IMG/VR virus record: IMGVR_UViG_3300036790_000261
Location: 1 to 24,724 of that record
Source: a virus
Lineage: Duplodnaviria; Heunggongvirae; Uroviricota; Caudoviricetes
Reading direction: 5' to 3' (one strand)
DNA: 24,724 bases
Of the stretch, positions 1-5,077 are shown one piece after another (position 1 is the stretch's first letter; the number at the start of each line of letters is the position of its first letter). The translations under genes and the position numbers were made by a program. The notes below the pieces were generated by a model. That model searched no databases, was not told the origin of the DNA, and was given only the letters and a program-made list of their open reading frames with translations.

Positions 1-119
1 GTGTCGCGTTTCTCTCCCTAAACCCGAAAAGCCCCAGTTCAGGGCTATTTTTCCAGTGCCACCTAAAAAATTCGAACAAGCGTACCGGTTAACGCAACAC
101 TGTTTCGCTATAAGGCGTC

Positions 120-156
120 TTGGCGCGGTTGGTAACGCGTGTTAAGCTCTGCGACA
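120..156 (+). promoter_or_regulatory. Putative housekeeping-sigma promoter giving a leaderless mRNA
   Basis: TTGGCG (120-125), 17 nt, TAAGCT (143-148), 7 nt, ATG at 156; no Shine-Dalgarno. Confidence 0.5.
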
Positions 157-296
157 TGACGAAGGCTGACGACCTTGAAGCCCGTTGGTGCGTCGCGTGC
201 CGTCACGCGAATCACTGGCACGGCGCCCCAGACGGCACGTGCGACGACCCGCGGTGCGAGTGCCCGTACCGGCCTGATGGAGTAGCGAGTGTCTGA
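156..296 (+). CDS. Cys/His-rich microprotein (46 aa), putative zinc finger
   Basis: Hand-translated MTKADDLEARWCVACRHANHWHGAPDGTCDDPRCECPYRPDGVASV; CxxCxH..H..C..CxC pattern; not in ORF track. Confidence 0.6.
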   Translation: MTKADDLEARWCVACRHANHWHGAPDGTCDDPRCECPYRPDGVASV

Positions 297-402
297 CATC
301 GACGGCGAGTGGCTCGACATCTGGCTTGCGGTTACCCGTGCGAACCTCGTTACCTGGCAGGACTGGATTTACGGGGGGCGCTGGGAGGAGACAAATGCCT
401 GA
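289..402 (+). CDS. Small hypothetical protein (37 aa, Trp-rich)
   Basis: GTG start, MSDIDGEWLDIWLAVTRANLVTWQDWIYGGRWEETNA; overlaps both neighbours by 8 nt and fills the gap between them. Confidence 0.4.
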   Translation: MSDIDGEWLDIWLAVTRANLVTWQDWIYGGRWEETNA

Positions 403-856
403 CCCGTACGAGCGGCACGGCCGTAACTCGTGGGAGTGGGGCCCGAGCCCGCCCCGGGGCCAGTCTCGTGCCGCTGCCGCGGACCAGGGGCTGGGTTCCG
501 CGAAGCGCCCGCCGGCGAAGAAGGACCCGGGCCTGTGCAAGGCGCAGCACTGGAAGGGCCCGCACATCCCGGTGTTCCGGCTTCGCCAGTACGGGTACCG
601 GAGATCCACGTGTGAGTGGGGCACGAACTGGGGGAAGCCGGAACCGCGGTGGCACTGCGCGCACGAGGAGGTCTGCTCGGGGTGCGGGAAGGTACTGAGT
701 GTTTTCGTTGAGAGCCGCTGCCCTGACCTTCACCCGGTCACCAAGGAGGAGCAGGAAGCGCTTGACCGGGAGGCAGAGCGGTGGCGTGAGCGCCGGTCGG
801 TACGGCGTCGCCCGGTGATTGACGGCCCGCAGGGTTACCGGAAGAGGAAGGCGTAG
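395..856 (+). CDS. Hypothetical protein (153 aa) with Cys/His clusters and basic C-terminus
   Basis: ATG 395 after GGAGGAG; in frame with track ORF 326..856; HCAHEEVCSGCG motif. Confidence 0.7.
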   Translation: MPDPYERHGRNSWEWGPSPPRGQSRAAAADQGLGSAKRPPAKKDPGLCKAQHWKGPHIPVFRLRQYGYRRSTCEWGTNWGKPEPRWHCAHEEVCSGCGKVLSVFVESRCPDLHPVTKEEQEALDREAERWRERRSVRRRPVIDGPQGYRKRKA

Positions 857-859
857 ATC

Positions 860-979
860 GTGGCGAGGGTTCTTCAGTTTCTGTTCGGTACGTGCACGTG
901 CAGCTGCGGCATGTTCTCCAAATACGGCTGCATGAACAACAAGCACTGCCACAACAAGGCGACAGGCTGCAACGCGTAG
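860..979 (+). CDS. Cys-rich microprotein (39 aa)
   Basis: Hand-translated MARVLQFLFGTCTCSCGMFSKYGCMNNKHCHNKATGCNA; stop abuts the next ATG at 980. Confidence 0.5.
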   Translation: MARVLQFLFGTCTCSCGMFSKYGCMNNKHCHNKATGCNA

Positions 980-1234
980 ATGCCTGTCATCTGTGAAGCG
1001 GCCGTCGAGCTGCTGGAGCCAGACGTTGACGACGTTCCGCCGTGCCAGGCGTGGCGCATTCAGGAGCTGTCTATTCGATGCGGGGTTCCGTCGTCGTTCT
1101 GTGTTTACATTTCGTGCACATGCGGGGAGCGCGGGTCCTATTTTCTCTGTGGCGAGGATTTCTGGCGGGTGAAGTACGGATTCGCTCAGTGCGGGGCGTG
1201 TAAGACACCAATTACGAAGTGGCAGGAGATATAG
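980..1234 (+). CDS. Cys-rich hypothetical protein (84 aa)
   Basis: 9 Cys including CxC and CxxC; tight packing with neighbours. Confidence 0.6.
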   Translation: MPVICEAAVELLEPDVDDVPPCQAWRIQELSIRCGVPSSFCVYISCTCGERGSYFLCGEDFWRVKYGFAQCGACKTPITKWQEI

Positions 1235-1237
1235 CAG

Positions 1238-1549
1238 ATGGCGACAACGATTAAAGCCGTTCGGCGCAATAAGGGCAACTGTATCTGCAATAACCGGCCG
1301 GAATGGGTGAAAGAACTAGCTGGGGTATGCCGGTACGGCTGCTGCAAGGAGTTCCGCTGCCCCGTATGCCGGGGGAAACTTGGCGGATGGGGCTCCGTTG
1401 AGTGCAAGTGCGAAGGTGGTCCCCGGTGGTTGCGTCACCCGGGTATGGCCACGCCGGGGCGCTATGACCTAGCGAGAGACAAGTTTGTGGAGGTTCACGT
1501 TGCGGTTAAGCCCTCGCTGCTTCGGCGGGGTTTGCACCGGAATCCCTGA
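1238..1549 (+). CDS. Cys-rich hypothetical protein (103 aa)
   Basis: 9 Cys (CIC, CC, CPVC, CKC); starts 3 nt after the previous stop. Confidence 0.6.
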   Translation: MATTIKAVRRNKGNCICNNRPEWVKELAGVCRYGCCKEFRCPVCRGKLGGWGSVECKCEGGPRWLRHPGMATPGRYDLARDKFVEVHVAVKPSLLRRGLHRNP

Positions 1550-1592
1550 GTTCTACCGGCTTTATCCAGCTTTACCCAAGTTTGGCGGAGAA

Positions 1593-1627
1593 GCCCCTCT
1601 CTGTTTGCAGCAGGGACAGGGAGGGGC
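1593..1627 (+). terminator. Putative intrinsic terminator closing the first microprotein operon
   Basis: 12-bp stem GCCCCTCTCTGT / ACAGGGAGGGGC (one G-U), 11-nt loop; weak U tract. Confidence 0.4.
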
Positions 1628-1794
1628 CTTCCGGGTGTTCCGCGGTCTTTCAGCCGGCTGGTCACGGTGACCGGGGTTCGCGGGGCCGGGAGCCAGTCTT
1701 GTCCGGCTTGCCGCACGAGGGTTGCCGCCCCGAGTCCCCTGAGTGTACCTGAGACGGGCGGAATAAACGAGTCCGGTGCGTTATTGTGAGTCTC

Positions 1795-1998
1795 ATGACG
1801 TTCATCGGAGCAATTAGCGACCGCGGCGGTGCCGGGCGCAACGGGGACGGAACCTGGCCCGCGACGGACGGAAAAGGCTGCCCGAACTGCGGTGCGGTCG
1901 GCAAGGGCGGTCATGGCGGCCATTGCCAGAACGGGCAGTACACCTACGACGAGAGCGGTCGGCTGCTAGGACGTAAAGAGAGGGTCAGGCGTGTGTGA
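1795..1998 (+). CDS. Hypothetical protein (67 aa), CPNC..GHGGHC putative Zn finger
   Basis: ATG 1795 lies 7 nt after TATTGT (1782-1787); in frame with track ORF 1786..1998. Confidence 0.55.
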   Translation: MTFIGAISDRGGAGRNGDGTWPATDGKGCPNCGAVGKGGHGGHCQNGQYTYDESGRLLGRKERVRRV

Positions 1999-2413
1999 AA
2001 TCGCGGAGAATTTCATCAGCGGGGCATTCCGCAAGGTAAAGGACTGCGGAGACTGCAGCTGCTCGTCCAGTACCACGGAGCACGTTGAAGGCGCGGGCGG
2101 CTGCTGCGTGAACTGCGGCAACCCGGTTTTAAGCCGGAGCCTTCGCCGGGGTGATGACTGCCGGGAACGGCTTGCCGGTGATCTCGGTGAAGTCAGCCGC
2201 GAGCTGAACCAGGTCCACGCCGGCCAGGAAAGCCGTGCTAGCGAGGTGCTCGGGCCAGATGACAACCCAGGCTTCCTCGGCTTCGTGCTCCCAGAACTGA
2301 TCGGTAAAGCTGGTTTCCTGCGCCCAGGTGATGAACCGCTCGTCGCCCCCGACGGAACCCGCACCCGGGGCGCCGTAGCCGCCGGTGACAACGGAGTGCC
2401 CGCCGTCGACTGA
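1991..2413 (+). CDS. Cys-rich hypothetical protein; only the first ~46 codons look coding
   Basis: CGDCSC..H..CCVNC in N-terminal part; the rest is antisense to the 2129..2932 gene. Confidence 0.35.
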   Translation: MCEIAENFISGAFRKVKDCGDCSCSSSTTEHVEGAGGCCVNCGNPVLSRSLRRGDDCRERLAGDLGEVSRELNQVHAGQESRASEVLGPDDNPGFLGFVLPELIGKAGFLRPGDEPLVAPDGTRTRGAVAAGDNGVPAVD

Positions 2414-2932
2414 GCTGGCTGAGCTGTACCCCCAGGGCTCGCCGTCCTTGAACTGCTGCATGTTCACGTCGAGGACGTTGATGCCGGTCCACACGTAGCC
2501 GAACAGCGCGATCGCCGCCTCAAGCTCTTCCGGGTCCTTCACGTTGACCGCGGCGAAGCCGACCGCCTTGACCCCGTCGGGACCGGGGTTGGCGACGAGC
2601 CACTCCAGCAAAGTCTGGATGTCCATGCCGTTGTCGTCGGCGGGGAAGCCCGGGTTCTGCGTCTTGTAGACCTCGAAGACCTGGTCCTGGTCCGGGTAGT
2701 AAGGAGTGTCGTTCAGGGTGTAGGTGACCAGTCGGCGGACGTTGGCCCAGGTGACCGCGACGCAGTCGCCGTAGGTGTCGTTGCCGAGCATCTGCCAGCC
2801 GCCGTTCATCGCGGCGAGGTAGTCCTCAGCGGCCGGGACAGCGGGGACGACGCCGGTCAGGTAGTCGGCGAGCTTGAGGGATGCGGCCCGCTTGGGGGCG
2901 CGGCGGCCGAGCTTGCCGGGAGTGCGTACCAC
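2129..2932 (-). CDS. Papain-like (clan CA) cysteine peptidase, 267 aa
   Basis: MLGNDTYGDCVAV (catalytic Cys), GGHSVVTGGY (catalytic His, cf. papain NHAVLxVGY), FITWAQ (cf. NSWG); SD GAGAGGA upstream on the minus strand. Confidence 0.75.
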   Translation of the reverse strand: MVRTPGKLGRRAPKRAASLKLADYLTGVVPAVPAAEDYLAAMNGGWQMLGNDTYGDCVAVTWANVRRLVTYTLNDTPYYPDQDQVFEVYKTQNPGFPADDNGMDIQTLLEWLVANPGPDGVKAVGFAAVNVKDPEELEAAIALFGYVWTGINVLDVNMQQFKDGEPWGYSSASSVDGGHSVVTGGYGAPGAGSVGGDERFITWAQETSFTDQFWEHEAEEAWVVIWPEHLASTAFLAGVDLVQLAADFTEITGKPFPAVITPAKAPA

Positions 2933-3021
2933 GGTGGTCCTCTCGTCAGAAACAAAGGGGACCGGCTCCCGGTCAGGGCCACGGCTTAGCGGTAGTCTAG
3001 CGCCGAGTTACTATGATGCTT

Positions 3022-3129
3022 ATGAGTACGTATAGGAAGTCAAGTTACAGCCACGCCAACGGCAACTGCGTTGAGGCAGGGCGGGCATCAGGTGTTGTCG
3101 TCCGGGACACGAAGGAGGTGCCCGCTTAG
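3022..3129 (+). CDS. DUF397-family (BldB/Scr2-like) peptide, C-terminally truncated (35 aa)
   Basis: Hand-translated MSTYRKSSYSHANGNCVEAGRASGVVVRDTKEVPA, matching the DUF397 signature WRKSSxS..G.CVEV..V.VRD[ST]K; TACTAT 7 nt before the ATG. Confidence 0.75.
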   Translation: MSTYRKSSYSHANGNCVEAGRASGVVVRDTKEVPA

Positions 3130-3139
3130 AATCAGCGGC

Positions 3140-3559
3140 ATGGGACGCTGGGTTGAGGCGAAGCGCGACGGCAAGTGCGGGCACTGCCCGCGGGCAATCA
3201 CTGCCGGGGACGAGATCTGGGTGAAGTCCGCCGGGGTGTCCTACTGCCAGGATTGCGGGCTGCTCGCGGAGAACGTCCCGCATGAGTGCGGTGAGCTGGA
3301 GACCTCGATCATGAAGGAGCTGGCGAAGCTCCCGATGGAAGCCGGCGAGGGCGTGCTGGCCCAGTCGATGATCATGCTGGCCCGGCAGCTGGACGACGGT
3401 GACGTTCCCCCGCGCGAGCGCCCGCAGTACACCAAGGAGCTGCGGATCAGCCTGCTCACGCTGCAAGACGCCTACCCGGCGACCGATGACGAGGACGAGA
3501 CTGAGACAGCCCGGCAGAAGCGCGAGCGTCGCGCCCGTGAGTCCGGCAGTGGCTACTAG
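3140..3559 (+). CDS. terS: Probable terminase small subunit with N-terminal CxxC/CxxC zinc finger (139 aa)
   Basis: C-terminal LARQLDDGDVPPRERPQYTKELRISLLTL..DETETARQKRERR resembles actinophage TerS (LA..LD..KELR..L..RR..R); upstream of TerL; ATG 7 nt after TAGAAT. Confidence 0.55.
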   Translation: MGRWVEAKRDGKCGHCPRAITAGDEIWVKSAGVSYCQDCGLLAENVPHECGELETSIMKELAKLPMEAGEGVLAQSMIMLARQLDDGDVPPRERPQYTKELRISLLTLQDAYPATDDEDETETARQKRERRARESGSGY

Positions 3560-3595
3560 CGGAATAACTCTGCGCCTTGTGTGGTTCAATGAGGC

Positions 3596-3937
3596 ATGGA
3601 AACTGAGATGACACGGGCGTTGAGCTGTTGTGGCGCCGCCAGTCAGCAAGAATGCCGCAACCGGTGCCCAGTGGACTGCCAGTGCCGGTGCCCGGGTTGC
3701 TGCTGCCCGCGAGCGCGAGCGGGCTACGACTTCACCGCATCGTCCCGCTACCACTGCGATGTCTGCGACGGCCTGAAGTCAGTGCCCGCTGACATCCTCT
3801 TCGAGCGCGACCGGGTGTGCACCTGCGGCGTCACGCTTCACGCCATCCCCGAGCTGACCCTGCACGACATCGACTGCGACACCGTCCCCTGCCCGTTCTG
3901 CCAGCTGCTCGACGAGCCCGTGCACCAGGAGGTGTAA
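3596..3937 (+). CDS. Extremely Cys-rich protein (113 aa, 17 Cys), metallothionein-like N-terminus
   Basis: CCGAASQQECRNRCPVDCQCRCPGCCC has 10 Cys in 27 residues; HCDVC, CTC and CPFC follow. Confidence 0.6.
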   Translation: METEMTRALSCCGAASQQECRNRCPVDCQCRCPGCCCPRARAGYDFTASSRYHCDVCDGLKSVPADILFERDRVCTCGVTLHAIPELTLHDIDCDTVPCPFCQLLDEPVHQEV

Positions 3938-4147
3938 GTGGATGACCTGATCGAGGCCCTGACTATCCTCCGGAAATACCTGGCGAAGCCGACGCATACG
4001 CCCACCAACTGCGCGCATGACGTGCTGTGGGTTGCTGTCGACCCGAAGACGGTGCCCCCTGAGGACGTGTACCGGCTTGACGAGCTCGGGTTCGTTCCGG
4101 ACGAAGACAGCGACGGTTTCATGTCGCACAGGTTCGGGAGCTGCTGA
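3938..4147 (+). CDS. Phage hypothetical protein (69 aa)
   Basis: SD AGGAGG at good spacing; DLIEAL..KY..PT.C.HDVL.V..V..ED..RLDELGF pattern typical of small phage proteins. Confidence 0.75.
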   Translation: MDDLIEALTILRKYLAKPTHTPTNCAHDVLWVAVDPKTVPPEDVYRLDELGFVPDEDSDGFMSHRFGSC

Positions 4148-4148
4148 C

Positions 4149-4331
4149 ATGAACGACCCGCGTCTTCTTGTTCGGGTAGACGGCCGGGGCAGGATCAGCC
4201 TTGCCTCGGTAGCCGGCCCGCAAGAGTACAGCTACTACCTGGTTGAGGTCGCCGAGGACGGGGTGATCACCCTGACGCCAGCTGTCGTTGCCCCGCTGGT
4301 CGCTGACAAGCCCGTGCACCAGGAGGTATAA
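4149..4331 (+). CDS. AbrB/MazE/SpoVT-like swapped-hairpin DNA-binding protein (60 aa)
   Basis: MNDPRLLVRVDGRGRISLASVAGPQEYSYYLVEVAEDGVITLTP fits VDxRGRIxL...Y.V...DG.I.L.P. Confidence 0.6.
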   Translation: MNDPRLLVRVDGRGRISLASVAGPQEYSYYLVEVAEDGVITLTPAVVAPLVADKPVHQEV

Positions 4332-4333
4332 GC

Positions 4334-4555
4334 GTGCCGCACTGCTACGACTGCGGGGAAACGATCGTCGAGGACGCTGATTCCGGCAGCTGGGTGCACG
4401 AGGCCAGCCCCGCGGCTTTTAACCCGGCGCAGTGCGTGCTGGGCACCAGCGACGGCCGGGCTTACGGCATCAGCGAATCCGTTGCCGCTCCTTGCGCGGA
4501 CAATAACTGCCCTGACCCGGCAGGCCCCCCGTGGTGGGCGGAATTCGTGAGGTGA
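4334..4555 (+). CDS. Hypothetical protein (73 aa), CxxC..WxH
   Basis: SD AGGAGG upstream; GTGA overlap with the next gene. Confidence 0.6.
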   Translation: MPHCYDCGETIVEDADSGSWVHEASPAAFNPAQCVLGTSDGRAYGISESVAAPCADNNCPDPAGPPWWAEFVR

Positions 4556-4764
4556 TCCTCTGGTGGCGTCTCCGCAGGTGGCTGCTGCACCCGGTGGACA
4601 GCTGCCGCTGGTGGTGGAAGACGCGGCACGTGCCTCGGCCGGGCGACCGGGTTGTCGACTGCCGGGGGCGCCTGTCCCGGGTTGCCGCGGTTGACGACGA
4701 TGACGTGACGCTTGAAGACGGCTACCGCTGCTCGTGGATGCACTGCTGCAGCTGGCCGGAGTAG
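4552..4764 (+). CDS. Hypothetical Trp/Cys-rich protein (70 aa)
   Basis: GTG at 4552 in GTGA overlap; PRPGDRVVDC.. SH3-like beta pattern. Confidence 0.55.
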   Translation: MILWWRLRRWLLHPVDSCRWWWKTRHVPRPGDRVVDCRGRLSRVAAVDDDDVTLEDGYRCSWMHCCSWPE

Positions 4765-4765
4765 A

Positions 4766-4890
4766 CCCGGGGCCATGCCAGGCACGTAGCCCACTACTGC
4801 TTCGCCCCGGGGCCATCCCAGGCACGTAGCCCACTACAGCTTCGCCCCGGGCCAAATCTTTCGCGAAGTCCACTGGACGAACGCCCCGGG
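4766..4890. repeat. 40-bp tandem repeat (2 near-identical copies plus a diverged third unit) with phased CCCGGG
   Basis: 4766-4805 vs 4806-4845 differ at 2 positions; CCCGGG at 4766, 4806, 4846 and 4885. Confidence 0.9.
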
Positions 4891-4912
4891 TCAGGTTCCC
4901 TCTCGTTCTTTA

Positions 4913-4953
4913 GCCTGCCTTCCGGCGAGAGGGGCGTTACGAGGAAGGCAGGC
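4913..4953 (+). other. Perfect 11-bp hairpin
   Basis: GCCTGCCTTCC (4913-4923) / GGAAGGCAGGC (4943-4953). Confidence 0.7.
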
Positions 4954-5056
4954 CAGGGAGCACCCCTCCGGCGGAACCGGCCCGTTACCTGGAAAGGCGT
5001 CATAGCCGATCTGGAGTAGAGCAGGTTCGACCCCTGTACCGGAGGGGTGCTCTTTG
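4954..5056 (+). ncRNA. Putative tRNA-like structured RNA with canonical T-arm
   Basis: 14-bp perfect stem 4958-4971/5039-5052, extendable to 18 bp with two G-U; T-arm GCAGG-TTCGACC-CCTGT at 5021-5037; no canonical D or anticodon arm. Confidence 0.5.
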
Positions 5057-5077
5057 CTGTGTCCGTAGTATCAGCAT

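Larger units (their letters stand above)
3915..4332 (+). repeat. 24-bp direct repeat pair (3915-3938 and 4309-4332) containing stop codon and SD
   Basis: AGCCCGTGCACCAGGAGGTGTAAG vs AGCCCGTGCACCAGGAGGTATAAG (1 mismatch); both upstream ORFs end in PVHQEV*. Confidence 0.9.

Noticed and set aside
350-952. Long minus-strand ORFs, e.g. 350..952, 5000..6076, 9049..9678, 13481..14158, 21572..22411
   Set aside because: Antisense shadows of well-supported + strand genes, expected in high-GC DNA; no motifs or SD
1630-1780. Fourth tRNA-like element (GGTTCGC within nested stems AGCCGG/CCGGCT)
   Set aside because: Loop does not fit TTCRANY, and GC-rich DNA forms such stems easily; not supportable without covariation
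4766-4850. HDV-like or hammerhead ribozyme
   Set aside because: The GGGGCC start resembles HDV-like P1, but no P3/L3/P1.1 nested pseudoknot could be built; no CUGANGA/GAAA core in non-coding DNA
4766-4890. CRISPR mini-array
   Set aside because: Conserved part is only about 9-13 bp, two of the three spacers are near duplicates, and no cas genes are present
4954-5056. Bona fide tRNA-Met(CAT) or tRNA-Sec(TCA)
   Set aside because: CAT/TCA sits in a 6-nt loop on a 3-bp stem; no U8, no D-loop GG, mismatch at the 7:66 position; kept only as tRNA-like
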